A stretch of 64,000 nucleotides of DNA, the filler included, from Vicugna vicugna (Eukaryota): the NCBI GenBank assembly GCA_013265495.1. It is 81 parts of 78 records of this genome, joined end to end, with 100 filler letters (N's around TTAATTAATTAA, not from the genome) between each part and the next. Parts side by side here need not be neighbours in the genome. Positions count along the whole stretch, not along the records: positions 1 to 451 come from PNXW01005368.1; positions 552 to 1,156 come from MU058607.1; positions 1,257 to 1,659 come from MU058609.1; positions 1,760 to 1,969 come from MU058609.1; positions 2,070 to 2,822 come from PNXW01005382.1; positions 2,923 to 3,228 come from PNXW01005383.1; positions 3,329 to 4,498 come from MU058611.1; positions 4,599 to 5,398 come from PNXW01005387.1; 73 more parts are not named here. One strand, written 5' to 3'. A program made the position numbers and the translations under genes. This document shows positions 1-12,854 of this stretch, one piece after another (the stretch's first letter is position 1; each line of letters begins with the position of its first letter). Under the pieces are notes generated by a model, which had not been told where the DNA came from, searched no databases, and saw only the letters and a program-made list of their open reading frames with translations.

Positions 1-451
1 TGGTTGAAACATGAGTCATGCGCATTTTCACAACTCAGAAATGCAGGTTTGAGTTATCCTTGTTGCATGAATCATGTTCAGAATACGGAATGCCATGGTT
101 ATATAAACAATGTAAATTACATGCGTATTGGTGAGAAATCGCTCAAAGATTTATCTCTGGTGCCAAATGTCCGATTTTAGAATCTGGTGATAGGAAAAAA
201 CTTATGAAGTCACACTAAATATATCTAAGTGTATATATGATTTTTCTGTTACAGTTCACTAATCCACATGCTCACAAATCAGAAACACATGTTTACCGAA
301 TCAGTCATGCATGTAGCATGTACGGAACAAAAAATATCATGTAGAAGGAATCTATTCAAATTACAAATCTCTAGGGTATTATTAACTCCAAGAAGTTTTT
401 CCTATTTCAAAGTGTGATTCTTGAAACTGGTGATAGGAAGAATGTACGAAG
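1..451. repeat. Satellite A (AT-rich, ~247-bp subunits, ~740-bp trimer)
   Basis: Shares CACAACTCAGAAATGCA, GTAGCATGTACGGAAC, TTCAAATTACA and GTGTGATTCTTGAAACTGGTGA with 4599-5398. Confidence 0.9.
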
Positions 452-551
452 NNNNNNNNNNNNNNNNNNNNNNNNNNNNNNNNNNNNNNNNNNNNTTAAT
501 TAATTAANNNNNNNNNNNNNNNNNNNNNNNNNNNNNNNNNNNNNNNNNNNN
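452..551. other. Synthetic scaffold-joining spacer (44 N + TTAATTAATTAA + 44 N); first of about 80 copies
   Basis: N 452-495, TTAATTAATTAA 496-507, N 508-551. The same cassette recurs throughout. The 12-mer is palindromic with TAA in all six frames, and sequence class changes abruptly across copies. Confidence 0.98.
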
Positions 552-1156
552 GCGTGGGTTCAAATGGAATGCCTGTGCTCGTCTCCCCTGAGGGTTTTCC
601 TCATGTCTCTGTGCCAGGGAATGCTAGGGGGGGTTGCAGGAAATCCCAGTGACAGAGGATGCTTCCCAAGTTCAGGGAAGGTATTTCTCGGACTTCCCCA
701 AGCAGGGAACACCTGTGACTGAAGAGAGCTGCGTGGAGTTTTCTCTCGATCTCCCCCACTAAATGACTATGGTTCCGGAATCCTGAGCGTGGGGAGGTTC
801 CACCAACGGTCGGCAGCGCGTGGGTTCTAAGGGAATGCCTGTGATCTTCCCCCTGAGGGTTTTCCTCATGTCTCTGTGCCAGTGAATGCTAGCGGGTGTT
901 GCAGGAATTCCCAGTGACAGAGGCTGCATCTCTAAGGTCATGGAAGTTATTTCTCAGAGTTCCCCGTGCAGGGAACTCCTGTGACTGAAGAGAGCTGCTG
1001 GAATTGTCTCTCAAGCTCCCCCACTCAATGACAATTTTTCCGGAATCCTGAGCGTGGGGAGGTTCCACCATATGTCGGCAGCGCGTTGGTTCTAATGGAA
1101 TGCATGTGCTCCGCTCCCCTGAGGGTTTTAGTAATTTGTCTGTGCCAGGGTCTGCT
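552..1156. repeat. Satellite B (GC-rich, 266-267-bp monomer), reverse orientation
   Basis: GCGT(G/T)GGTTC recurs at 552, 818 and 1083 (spacing 266, 265); reverse complement of 22637-24206. Confidence 0.95.
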
Positions 1157-1256
1157 NNNNNNNNNNNNNNNNNNNNNNNNNNNNNNNNNNNNNNNNNNNN
1201 TTAATTAATTAANNNNNNNNNNNNNNNNNNNNNNNNNNNNNNNNNNNNNNNNNNNN

Positions 1257-1659
1257 AAATTTTTGGTACTATATTCTCTTTTATATATTCTATATTTTGT
1301 GGTCTTTATTCTATATTCTATATTCTATATTCTGTGTTGCGTATTCTATATTCTAAATTCTGTGTTCTGCATTCCATATGTTAAATTCTATATTCAGTAT
1401 TCTGTATTCTATATTCTTAATTCTGTGTTCTGCATTCTATGTTCTAAAGACTATATTCAGTATTCTATATTCTATATACTAAATTCTGTGTTCTGCATTC
1501 CATTTCTAAATTCTGTTTTCTATATTCTCTTAGTATTCGATATATTCTGTATTCTGCATTCCATGTTCTAAATTCTGGATTCTATATTCTCTTTTCTAAC
1601 TCTATATTCTGTGTTCTTCATTCTATATTCTACATTCTATATTCTGCATTCGATTCGGT
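1257..1659. repeat. Satellite C, (NNNNTTC)n heptamer, TC-rich strand
   Basis: In-phase TATATTC/TAAATTC/TGTGTTC/TGCATTC/CATGTTC units. Confidence 0.95.
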
Positions 1660-1759
1660 NNNNNNNNNNNNNNNNNNNNNNNNNNNNNNNNNNNNNNNNN
1701 NNNTTAATTAATTAANNNNNNNNNNNNNNNNNNNNNNNNNNNNNNNNNNNNNNNNNNNN

Positions 1760-1969
1760 CTGTGTTCTGCATTTCATTACTAATTTCTACGTTCTACATT
1801 CTCTTTTATATATTCTCTATTTTGTGTTCTACATTCTATATTCTAAATTCTATACTAAGTATTCTGCTTTCTATATTTATATTCTGTGTTCTTCATTCCA
1901 TGTTCTAAATTCTATTTTCAGTATTCTATATTCCATATTCTAAATTCTGAGTTCTGCCTTCAATGTTCT
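1760..1969. repeat. Satellite C heptamer
   Basis: Same heptamer vocabulary. Confidence 0.93.
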
Positions 1970-2069
1970 NNNNNNNNNNNNNNNNNNNNNNNNNNNNNNN
2001 NNNNNNNNNNNNNTTAATTAATTAANNNNNNNNNNNNNNNNNNNNNNNNNNNNNNNNNNNNNNNNNNNN

Positions 2070-2822
2070 TCATTTGTTTTTTCTTGCTTTTATTTCTTCT
2101 ACGAGAAAATTTTCAAGACTTATGTCAGATAATATTTTGCCTAAGTTTTTCTCAAGGAGGTTTATTGTATTTTGACTTATGTTTAAGTCTTTGATCCATT
2201 CTGATTATATTTCTGTGTGTAGTGTTCTAGCTTCATTGTGAGTGTTCTAGCTCCATTGATTTACATGCTGCTGTCCAGTTTTCCCGACACCATATGCTGA
2301 ATTGTCTGTCTCAATTCCATTGTATTTTCTTGCCTCCTTTTTCAAAGATTAATTGACCAAAAGGCTGTGGGTTCATTTCTGGGCTCTCTATTATGTTCCA
2401 TTGGCCTATATGTATGTTTTCCTACCGACACAGTGCTGTAATGTTGACTATAGCTCTATAGTATTACTGAATCATATGCATAAAGAAATGCCACTAATTT
2501 TTGAAACTTAATCTTGTAAACTGCTACCTTGCTGAATTCTTTGATCAAATTTAGTAGTTTTTGTCTGGATCTTGTAGGGTATTCTATATATAGTAACATA
2601 TTTTCTGCATATAGTGAGACTTAATATAGTGAGTACCTCTTCCTTTCCAATTTGCATCCCTTTTACTTCTCTCTCTTGTTTGATTTCTGTGGCTAGGAAT
2701 TCCAAGACTATCTTGAGTTGGAGTGTTGATAGTGTGCATCCTTGTGTTGCCCCAGATTTTAGTGGGAAGGTTTTAAATTTCTCACCATTGAGTGCTATGC
2801 TAGCTGTATGTGTGTTATCCAT
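2070..2822 (-). mobile_element. LINE-1 ORF2 fragment (RT region), degenerate
   Basis: Minus ORF has [26 protein letters not shown]...[26 protein letters not shown], matching the L1 RT motif LNGEKL.AFPL.SGTRQGCPLS...IVLEVLA.AIRQ.KEIKGIQIGKEEVK; frame then breaks down. Confidence 0.92.
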
Positions 2823-2922
2823 NNNNNNNNNNNNNNNNNNNNNNNNNNNNNNNNNNNNNNNNNNNNTTAATTAATTAANNNNNNNNNNNNNNNNNNNNNN
2901 NNNNNNNNNNNNNNNNNNNNNN

Positions 2923-3228
2923 GGGAACGGGTTGCAGGGTAAACCCTTACTCTGGTTTCTCAGTCTGCTTCCTAGTTCCGGTATGAAGTGCCTACCGTTT
3001 TCACAGTAAAACCGAGTTGGAGCTTGTACCTCCCCATATATATGTATGGAGTGGAGTTGGCAACTGAAAAGAAACTTTGTGTTCCATTCAAGCAAGTTGA
3101 AGTACAGCTTCACACACACTTATCTCTCAGAACTGAGCATGTGGAGAGACGATCGTTCATTCAGCACAAAGGGAACTGGTTAAAGGAGCAACCCTTACTC
3201 TGCATTCTCAATCTGTTTCCTAGTGCCG
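2923..3228. repeat. Satellite D (249-bp monomer)
   Basis: CATATATATGTATGGAGTGGAGTTGGCAACTGAAAAGAAACTTTGTGTTCC and CTCAGAACTGAGCATGTGGAGAGACG are shared with 41311-42070 and 48156-49726. Confidence 0.93.
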
Positions 3229-3328
3229 NNNNNNNNNNNNNNNNNNNNNNNNNNNNNNNNNNNNNNNNNNNNTTAATTAATTAANNNNNNNNNNNNNNNN
3301 NNNNNNNNNNNNNNNNNNNNNNNNNNNN

Positions 3329-4498
3329 GCATGTTTGACAAATCCGTCATGTATGTAGCATGTAATGAACACGTAATATCATTTAGATTGCATCTATTCA
3401 AATTACGTATCTCTAGGGTAGAATTCGCTCCAAGAGGGTTTTTCTGGGATCAAAGTGTGATTCTTGAAACTGGTGACGGGCAGAAGCTACGAAGTCAAAA
3501 TAAATATTTCATAGTGCATTGGAAACTTGTTTCGTGGTTGAAACATCAGTCATTCGCATGTTCACAACTCAGAAATTCAAGTTTGAGGAATCCGTGATGC
3601 ATGAAACATGCTCGTAATACGGAATGCCATTTTTATGTAAACAATGTAAATTACATGTGTATTTGTGAGAATTCGCTCAAAGAGTGTTTTCTGGTGCCAG
3701 ATGTCCGATTTTAGAACCTGGTGATAGAAAAATCTATGAAGTCAGAGTAAATAATTCTAAGTGTATATACGNNNNNNNNNNNNNNNNNNNNNNNNNNNNN
3801 NNNNNNNNNNNNNNNNNNNNNNNNNNNNNNNNNNNNNNNNNNNNNNNNNNNNNNNNNNNNNNNNNNNNNNNNNNNNNNNNNNNNNNNNNNNNNNNNNNNN
3901 NNNNNNNNNNNNNNNNNNNNNNNNNNNNNNNNNNNNNNNNNNNNNNNNNNNNNNNNNNNNNNNNNNNNNNNNNNNNNNNNNNNNNNNNNNNNNNNNNNNN
4001 NNNNNNNNNNNNNNNNNNNNNNNNNNNNNNNNNNNNNNNNNNNNNNNNNNNNNNNNNNNNNNNNNNNNNNNNNNNNNNNNNNNNNNNNNNNNNNNNNNNN
4101 NNNNNNNNNNNNNNNNNNNNNNNNNNNNNNNNNNNNNNNNNNNNNNNNNNNNNNNNNNNNNNNNNNNNNNNNNNNNNNNNNNNNNNNNNNNNNNNNNNNN
4201 NNNNNNNNNNNNNNNNNNNNNNNNNNNNNNNNNNNNNNNNNNNNNNNNNNNNNNNNNNNNNNNNNNNNNNNNNNNNNNNNNNNNNNNNNNNNNNNNNNNN
4301 NNNNNNNNNNNNNNNNNNNNNNNNNNNNNNNNNNNNNNNNNNNNNNNNNNNNNNNNNNNNNNNNNNNNNNNNNNNNNNNNNNNNNNNNNNNNNNNNNNNN
4401 NNNNNNNNNNNNNNNNNNNNNNNNNNNNNNNTTTCTGTTGCCAGATGTCCGACTTAAGAACCTGGTGATAGAAAAATCTATGAAGTCAGAGTAAATAA
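3329..4498. repeat. Satellite A (internal gap)
   Basis: Near-identical to 7301-7818 and 5000-5398. Confidence 0.92.
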
Positions 4499-4598
4499 NN
4501 NNNNNNNNNNNNNNNNNNNNNNNNNNNNNNNNNNNNNNNNNNTTAATTAATTAANNNNNNNNNNNNNNNNNNNNNNNNNNNNNNNNNNNNNNNNNNNN

Positions 4599-5398
4599 GA
4601 ATTCGCTCAAAGAGTGTTTTCTGGAGCCAAATGCCCGATTTTATAACCTGGTGATACGAAAAAAATATGAAGTCAGATTAAATACGTCTAAGTTTATATT
4701 CGCCTTGTTCGGAGGATGAAAGGTCAGTAATCCACATGCTCACAAGTCAGAAACTCATGATTGCCAAATCCGTCATATATGTAGCATGTACGGAACCCGG
4801 AATGCCATGTTGTTGGAATTCATAAAAATTACATATCTGTTAGGTGGAAACAGCTCCAGAACAATATTTCTGTGAAAAATGCACGAATTCAAACTTTATG
4901 GTAGGGAAAGCTTGTGAAAATGTGTACACGTGTCTAGATGAAAATATTGCTTTTATAGAGGTTGAACGATTAGTAATACAGATGCCCTCAACTCAGAAAA
5001 ACATATTTGTCGAATCCGTCATGTATGTAGCATGTACGGAACACGGAATATTATGTAGATGTAATCTATTCAAATTACATATCTCTAGGGTAGAATTCGC
5101 TCCAAGAGGTTTTTTGTGGGATCACCGTGTGATTCTTGAATCTGGTCATAGGAAGAATCTACGAGGTCAAAATAAATATTTCAAAGTGCATAGGTAACTT
5201 GTTTGGTGGTTAAAACATCAGTCATGCGCATGTTCACAACTCAGAAATGCATGTTTGAGGAATCCGTGATGCATGAAACATGTTCGTAATACGGAATGCC
5301 ATGTTTATGTAAACAATGCAAATTGCATAAGCATATGTATTTGTGAGATTTCCCTCAAAGAGTGTTTTCTGGTCCCAAATGTCCGATTTTAGAACCTG
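4599..5398. repeat. Satellite A, one full ~740-748-bp higher-order unit
   Basis: AGAGTGTTTTCTGG at 4611 and 5359; the subunit landmark TCAGAAA at 4747, 4993 and 5241 (spacing 246, 248). Confidence 0.93.
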
Positions 5399-6466
5399 NN
5401 NNNNNNNNNNNNNNNNNNNNNNNNNNNNNNNNNNNNNNNNNNTTAATTAATTAANNNNNNNNNNNNNNNNNNNNNNNNNNNNNNNNNNNNNNNNNNNNAA
5501 AGCAAAAAGATGGAGGAATACAGAATTTTTTAGAGACTCAACTTAGATTTAAGATGGGGAAATAAATCCATTTCTCAGAGGAAATCTTGAGAACTATGTA
5601 AACTGGATCTGAGATGTCTAGTCTTTTAACATTATTCATGAATTCATATTACCAAGTCTTACAACTACCTGATAACCCCCAGGGGTGATACTGATCGTAA
5701 CAGCTGTCAAAGCAGATCGAGCTTCGGCTAGGACTGCTCTGTACTGCCACCTCTACCCCTGAGGCCTCACCAGGCTGAGAGCACTAAATTCGGTCATTAA
5801 TGGGCATCTCGCGTAAGTCCTCCATTTGTGTTTCTCACTACCCCCTCACCATCTGAGGAAAGCAGTTATCATCTTCTCCACCCGCAGATAAGGCCACTGA
5901 GGCACAGAGACTAAACCCGTTCCAGGCCAAATTGACATTAAAGGACGTCTGTATTTCTGCTGTTTTGCGATTGACAAAGGAATCTGAGATATCAATTCAA
6001 GAGAGACTGTTAAATAATCAAGTCTGTCTGGTCTTCACCTCAAAGAGTAGATACTATAAATTCCTGATGTAGGATGAGGCTGCCGCCACAAACTGACTCA
6101 GCTTGAAATTAATATCCAAGATGAAGCAGCGGATACACGTAAATATTCACGACTGTCAACTCCGCTCACGGGTCTGGGCCCTTCACTGCCTGAACGGGGG
6201 TGAAAACCCTACCCGTAGGAAGCGCGGCTCTTCCAGGTCTCACCCAGGCTTCACGGGCTATTTCCCCCCACAGACTGTCCTCAGCGATTAAAAAACTCTC
6301 AAGATTTTTACACCATGCAAAACTAAAAGACATTTCTGCATATGGAGCACTTTCTCAGGCTTAAACNNNNNNNNNNNNNNNNNNNNNNNNNNNNNNNNNN
6401 NNNNNNNNNNTTAATTAATTAANNNNNNNNNNNNNNNNNNNNNNNNNNNNNNNNNNNNNNNNNNNN

Positions 6467-7200
6467 AGGTTTGTTGATTTTACTTACTTTTTGGAAAAAC
6501 CAGCTTTTGAAATGTTGATTTTTTCCTATGGTCATTTAAATCTCTATTTTTTTTATTTCCTCCCCAATATTTATGATTTCCTTCCTTCTGCTGCCTTTTG
6601 GTTTTTTTGTTCTTCTTATTCTAATTCATTCTTCTGGTGGGTTAAATTGTTTATTTGTGGTTGTATTTCTTTTTTGAGGATGGAGTGTATCACTATAAGC
6701 TCCCTTCTCAGCAATGCTTTCGCAGTGTCCCATAAATTTTGTGGGGTTTTGCTTTCATTTTTTTTGTCTCAAGGTAGTTTTTCATTTCAGCTTTGATTTC
6801 TTCAATGACCCATTAGTTTTTATGAAAACATATTGTTTAATCCCCATGTTTTCCTTTTGTTCTCCTCTGTTTCTCTGTTGTTGATTTCTAGCTTCATGGC
6901 ATTATGGTCAGTAAAGATGCTTGGGGTAATTTCTAACTTTTAAACTTGCTGAGGTTTCTTTTGTGCCCAAGTTCATCATGAATCCTGGAAAATATTCCAC
7001 GTGCAGTTGAAAAAACTATATATCCTATATTGTAGGGTGTGAAAAAAACTATATATCCTATATTGTAGGGTGTGCAATGCTGTGAATTTATCCACCAAGT
7101 GCAATATTTCTACTGCATTATTTAACTTCTCTGTTGCCTAACTTATTTTCTGTCTCGATATGTCCAGTGATGTTAATGCAGTGTTGAAATCTCCAAATAT
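6467..7200 (-). mobile_element. LINE-1 ORF2 5' part, degenerate
   Basis: T-rich antisense L1 signature (CCAGCTTTTG...TTGATTTTTTC, TTTATGATTTCCTTCCTTCTGCTG, GTCCCATAAATTTTG). Confidence 0.85.
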
Positions 7201-7300
7201 NNNNNNNNNNNNNNNNNNNNNNNNNNNNNNNNNNNNNNNNNNNNTTAATTAATTAANNNNNNNNNNNNNNNNNNNNNNNNNNNNNNNNNNNNNNNNNNNN

Positions 7301-7818
7301 GATGACCCCAACTCAGGAATGTATATTTGTCGAATCCGTCATATAGTTAGCATGTACGGAACTCGGAATATCATGTAGATGTGATCTATTCAAATTACAT
7401 ATCTCTAGGGAAGAATTCGCTCCAAGAGAGTTTTTGTGGGATCAAAGTGTGATTCTTGAAACTGGTGATATTAAGAAGCTACAAAGTCAAAGTAAATATT
7501 TCAGAGTGCATAGGTAACTTGTTTGGTGGTTGAAACATCATTCATTCGCATGTTCACAACTCAGAAATTCAAGTTTGAGGAATCCGTGATGCATGAAACA
7601 TGTTCGTAATACGGAATTCCATGGTTATGTAAACAATGTAAAATTACATGTGGTGAGAATTCGCTCAAAGAGTGTTTTCTGGTGCCAGATGTCCGATTTT
7701 AGAACCTGGTGATAGAAAAATCTATGAAGTCAGAGTAAGTAATTTTAACTGTATATACGCATTGTTTGGTGGTTGAAAGGTCAATAATCCACATGCTCAC
7801 AAGTCAGAAATGCATGAT
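7301..7818. repeat. Satellite A
   Basis: Colinear with 4980-5398, then continues into the next unit. Confidence 0.93.
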
Positions 7819-8224
7819 NNNNNNNNNNNNNNNNNNNNNNNNNNNNNNNNNNNNNNNNNNNNTTAATTAATTAANNNNNNNNNNNNNNNNNNNNNNNNNN
7901 NNNNNNNNNNNNNNNNNNTGCCAAGAGGCCACGTGTAATCGTGAACAGGGCCCCAGGCCTCTGAAGCAGCGTGGCTTGGACTGCATCCTGGCCCTGGGTG
8001 CGCGGGCTCCATCCCCTTGGTTGAGTCAGTTAACATCTCTAAGCTAAGTTTCCTCATCAGTAAAATGAAGACATATCAATATGGAAAAAAAAATCAGAAT
8101 TGGTGGGTTAATAAATTTCTGGTGACTGAAGATTTTTTAATTTTGAATTATACAGCGAAAGACATCATACAAATTTTACTACTTCAGAATTCTAAAAGAC
8201 AGCTTCTACTGTTAAAACTAATGC

Positions 8225-8470
8225 ATGAACATACACACAAACACACGTGCAGACACACTGGCTTTGCTCCACATACTTCCCTATACACACACACGTACAT
8301 GGACTCATGTACCCCACACACACAACCACACACGTCCTCAGGCGCACACACACACATAGCATACTACCACATACATCACCAGGTGCACGCACGCACAGCC
8401 ACATACACACTCACAGTCATGTACAACACAATTCCCCAGGTGCTTGTGTGTGCGCACACACACGTCATAA
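8225..8470. repeat. Degenerate (CA)n-rich low-complexity tract
   Basis: Interrupted CACACA/CATACA runs; source of spurious His/Thr- and Cys/Val-rich ORFs. Confidence 0.85.
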
Positions 8471-8633
8471 ACACCTTTGGCTTTATTTTAAATCTATTTA
8501 CAATTGAGGGTCTCAGTGTCCATTGTTTTATCCNNNNNNNNNNNNNNNNNNNNNNNNNNNNNNNNNNNNNNNNNNNNTTAATTAATTAANNNNNNNNNNN
8601 NNNNNNNNNNNNNNNNNNNNNNNNNNNNNNNNN

Positions 8634-9825
8634 GATTCCGGAACCATTGTCAGTGCTTGGGGGAGATCGAGAGACAACACCTCGCAGCTCTCTTAATTCC
8701 CAGGTGTTCCCTGTTTGGGGAAGTCCGAGAAATATATTCCCTGACTTTGAGGAGAAACCTCTGACACTGGGATAACCTGCCATCACCCCCAGCATTCCCT
8801 GGCACAGAGACATTAGGAGAAACCTCAGGGGAGACGAGCTTAGGCATTCCGTTAGAACCCACGCGCTGCCGACCGTTGGTGGAACCTCCCCACNNNNNNN
8901 NNNNNNNNNNNNNNNNNNNNNNNNNNNNNNNNNNNNNNNNNNNNNNNNNNNNNNNNNNNNNNNNNNNNNNNNNNNNNNNNNNNNNNNNNNNNNNNNNNNN
9001 NNNNNNNNNNNNNNNNNNNNNNNNNNNNNNNNNNNNNNNNNNNNNNNNNNNNNNNNNNNNNNNNNNNNNNNNNNNNNNNNNNNNNNNNNNNNNNNNNNNN
9101 NNNNNNNNNNNNNNNNNNNNNNNNNNNNNNNNNNNNNNNNNNNNNNNNNNNNNNNNNNNNNNNNNNNNNNNNNNNNNNNNNNNNNNNNNNNNNNNNNNNN
9201 NNNNNNNNNNNNNNNNNNNNNNNNNNNNNNNNNNNNNNNNNNNNNNNNNNNNNNNNNNNNNNNNNNNNNNNNNNNNNNNNNNNNNNNNNNNNNNNNNNNN
9301 NNNNNNNNNNNNNNNNNNNNNNNNNNNNNNNNNNNNNNNNNNNNNNNNNNNNNNNNNNNNNNNNNNNNNNNNNNNNNNNNNNNNNNNNNNNNNNNNNNNN
9401 NNNNNNNNNNNNNNNNNNNNNNNNNNNNNNNNNNNNNNNNNNNNNNNNNNNNNNNNNNNNNNNNNNNNNNNNNNNNNNNNNNNNNNNNNNNNNNNNNNNN
9501 NNNNNNNNNNNNNNNNNNNNNNNNNNNNNNNNNNNNNNNNNNNNNNNNNNNNNNNNNNNNNNNNNNNNNNNNNNNNNNNNNNNNNNNNNNNNNNNNNNNN
9601 NNNNNNNNNNNNNNNNNNNNNNNNNNNNNNNNTTCCGTTAGAACCCACGCACTGCCGACAGTTGGTGGAACCTCCCCACGCTCAGGATTCCGGAACAATT
9701 GTCAGTGCGTGGGGGAACTCGAGAGAAAACTCCACGCAGCTCTCTTCAGTCACAGGGGTTCCCCGTTCGGGGAAGTCTAAAAAATACCTTCCCTGACTTT
9801 GTGGAGGCAGCCTCTAACACTGGGA
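8634..9825. repeat. Satellite B (internal gap)
   Basis: TTCCGTTAGAACCCACGC...GTTGGTGGAACCTCCCCAC core present on both sides of the gap. Confidence 0.95.
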
Positions 9826-9925
9826 NNNNNNNNNNNNNNNNNNNNNNNNNNNNNNNNNNNNNNNNNNNNTTAATTAATTAANNNNNNNNNNNNNNNNNNN
9901 NNNNNNNNNNNNNNNNNNNNNNNNN

Positions 9926-10328
9926 GTGGGGTGGGTCTCCACACATCCCCCACACTAAAGGCTGGATTCTAGATCCTGAGTGCAGGGACGTTACTCCAAA
10001 TGACAGCAGCGCCTGGGTTTTAATTGAATCCCTTTGCTTGTCTTCCCTGATGGAAACCCTAGGCGGGAGTGCGGGGAACAGTGTGGTTCGGGCTCCGAAA
10101 CCAAGTATTTGCGATGAAATCTCTATGGTATGTGGAGGTGTTTATACTACATCCTTAACCTGGGAACACCTGTGCCCCCATAAAGATCCGTGGAGTCTGT
10201 ACAAGATGTGTTGTTTCCCCAACTCCAGCAAACACACGAAGAACTCTTCGGCTATCCTAAGTGTGGGGAGGCTCCTCAAACTGACGGCAGCACCTGGGAT
10301 CTAATAGAATCTCTTGGATTGGATTGAC
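9926..10328. repeat. Satellite E (diverged ~267-bp monomers, B-related)
   Basis: Matches the reverse complement of 13560-13810; shares ATCCTGAGTG..GG and GGGAACACCTGTG with B. Confidence 0.88.
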
Positions 10329-10428
10329 NNNNNNNNNNNNNNNNNNNNNNNNNNNNNNNNNNNNNNNNNNNNTTAATTAATTAANNNNNNNNNNNNNNNN
10401 NNNNNNNNNNNNNNNNNNNNNNNNNNNN

Positions 10429-10618
10429 CACAACTTGGGAATTACTGTGAACCCTTTGTTTCCCCACCTCCAGCACACACACGAAATTTTCTGGTATCCT
10501 GAGTGTTGGGAGGCTCCTGCAACTGACAATAGCAGCTGTGATCTAGTTGGATCCATTAGATTGATTTCCCTGCGTATTTTCCTTGGCCGGGTTTTGAGCG
10601 AATTTATGGGTTGTGCTC
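10429..10618. repeat. Satellite E
   Basis: CAACAACTTGGGAATTACTGTGA and CCAGCACACAC...TATCCTGAGTGTTGGGAGG, as at 57050-57180. Confidence 0.85.
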
Positions 10619-12694
10619 NNNNNNNNNNNNNNNNNNNNNNNNNNNNNNNNNNNNNNNNNNNNTTAATTAATTAANNNNNNNNNNNNNNNNNNNNNNNNNN
10701 NNNNNNNNNNNNNNNNNNTGACGTTAGAATCACAGAGAATCATAGAGCACCTCCTCCACATCATGCCCGGCAGCACCTGCCAGGTCCTCCGACTGTCACC
10801 TGTGGGACCGCCATGAGCGCTCTCCAGACTCAAGGCCTGAGGCCGTAGGCCGGGGGGACACAGCTCCCCTCAATCTCCCCAGTAAAGGGGGACCACCCAT
10901 CTGCAAAGACATCTCACCCTCTTCTGCCCGAGGGACAACTTGAAAGATACACAGGGAATCATGGTAGAGGGTGAGGGGCTAGGCAGCCCAGAAGAGCTCG
11001 TCTGCACTTCCAAGGCATAGTGGGGCCTTTGACCTAATCACAGGGACAAAGTGAGGACGAATTTTTCCCTGCCCTGTCAACACACCTTTCCCTGCGTATG
11101 GAGCTCATTCAGAACCCCTGGCAGTGTTTCTGATGTCCTAACTTGGCATGGCGGCTATCAGGCAGGGTAGAGGGCCTGAGCCGTGTTGGTGCTGGGCCTG
11201 GGNNNNNNNNNNNNNNNNNNNNNNNNNNNNNNNNNNNNNNNNNNNNTTAATTAATTAANNNNNNNNNNNNNNNNNNNNNNNNNNNNNNNNNNNNNNNNNN
11301 NNTGTGTGTGTGTTTGTGTTTGTAAAGAAAACAATTTTCCCACTGTTTTAAGTATGTATTGCTAAGACAATTATGTTGATTTTTTCCCTGCTCCTGGTCC
11401 ATGTATTCCCTTGTTACTTCCCACTAGTGGCCCCTTGAGCTCTGTGACAAGACTAGCATGTCGTTAATCCATGTGGAAGGAAATCTGAAGAGATTTATTC
11501 AAGGAGATGAAATTTGTAGACAATGTATTGGAAAGTATTGTGAAAGTTGTTCGTTAAGAGAAGGTCTGAGGTTGAATTGTTAAGTGCACAGAAATCTAAG
11601 CTATGAACCACCAAGACAATTATTAACTCCAGGAAAACAAAGTAGGGAAGAAAAGGTAAGACTAGCACAAATTGCTACAGCTTTGAATAGTCTGTACAGA
11701 GTAATAATAATGTAAAGCAAGGATACTGAGCTGATGAAAATTATAATGTAATTGTATTAAAAGGTTGGAAGAAAGAAGGTTTGGGTATGTAGATGAGATG
11801 GGGTTTGAAAGAGATCTGAATCCTCATTTTCCAAAATAGAAAGTTAAATAGGTGATACATAAAGCTGAAAAAGTCAGTAGGCTGTGTTACAAGGATATTA
11901 GTCAGAGAAAGGGAGTAAGTATTCCAAGAGNNNNNNNNNNNNNNNNNNNNNNNNNNNNNNNNNNNNNNNNNNNNNNNNNNNNNNNNNNNNNNNNNNNNNN
12001 NNNNNNNNNNNNNNNNNNNNNNNNNNNNNNNNNNNNNNNNNNNNNNNNNNNNNNNNNNNNNNNNNNNNNNNNNNNNNNNNNNNNNNNNNNNNNNNNNNNN
12101 NNNNNNNNNNNNNNNNNNNNNNNNNNNNNNNNNNNNNNNNNNNNNNNNNNNNNNNNNNNNNNNNNNNNNNNNNNNNNNNNNNNNNNNNNNNNNNNNNNNN
12201 NNNNNNNNNNNNNNNNNNNNNNNNNNNNNNNNNNNNNNNNNNNNNNNNNNNNNNNNNNNNNNNNNNNNNNNNNNNNNNNNNNNNNNNNNNNNNNNNNNNN
12301 NNNNNNNNNNNNNNNNNNNNNNNNNNNNNNNNNNNNNNNNNNNNNNNNNNNNNNNNNNNNNNNNNNNNTTGGCATTTTCAGGATGGATAGTTGATAAGAA
12401 TGCATTTCAAAAAGCTTAACAAGAAAGAGTCCAAGACATCTCAAACCCATTGNNNNNNNNNNNNNNNNNNNNNNNNNNNNNNNNNNNNNNNNNNNNTTAA
12501 TTAATTAANNNNNNNNNNNNNNNNNNNNNNNNNNNNNNNNNNNNNNNNNNNNGTCAGAAAGAGTGAGAGCCAATGCTGGAGTGATCCAGTGGAGTTGATG
12601 CTTGCAACCAGAAATCTCCACAACATACAGCTAAGGGGATTTCAGTGTTCTTTTATTTTGTCTTAATGGCATTGATTTCATTTTTACTTATTTC

Positions 12695-12854
12695 TTTAAA
12701 TTAATTTTTTTGAAGTGTAGTCAATTTACAATGTTAGTTTCAGGTGTACAGCACAGATTCAGTTATAAACATATGCATATGTATATATATATGTTTTAGA
12801 TTGTTTTTAGTACAACTAATTACAAGAAATTGAATATAGTTCACTGTGCTATAT
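12695..12854 (-). mobile_element. LINE-1 3' end (cetartiodactyl type)
   Basis: T-run followed by GAAGTGTAGTCAATTTACAATGTTAGTTTCAGGTGTACAGCA...TTGAATATAGTTCACTGTGCTATA, an antisense L1 3' terminus. Confidence 0.85.

Noticed and set aside
552..3228. Homology between satellites B and D (shared CTGAGC.TG.GGAG and GGGTTGCAGGA)
   Set aside because: Spacing between the shared words differs (~115 vs ~45 bp) and there is no further colinearity.
8017..8589. 190-aa His/Thr-rich ORF
   Set aside because: Derived from a degenerate CA repeat.
11303..12452. A/G-rich scaffold, possibly retroelement-derived
   Set aside because: No motif I could assign with confidence; left unannotated.
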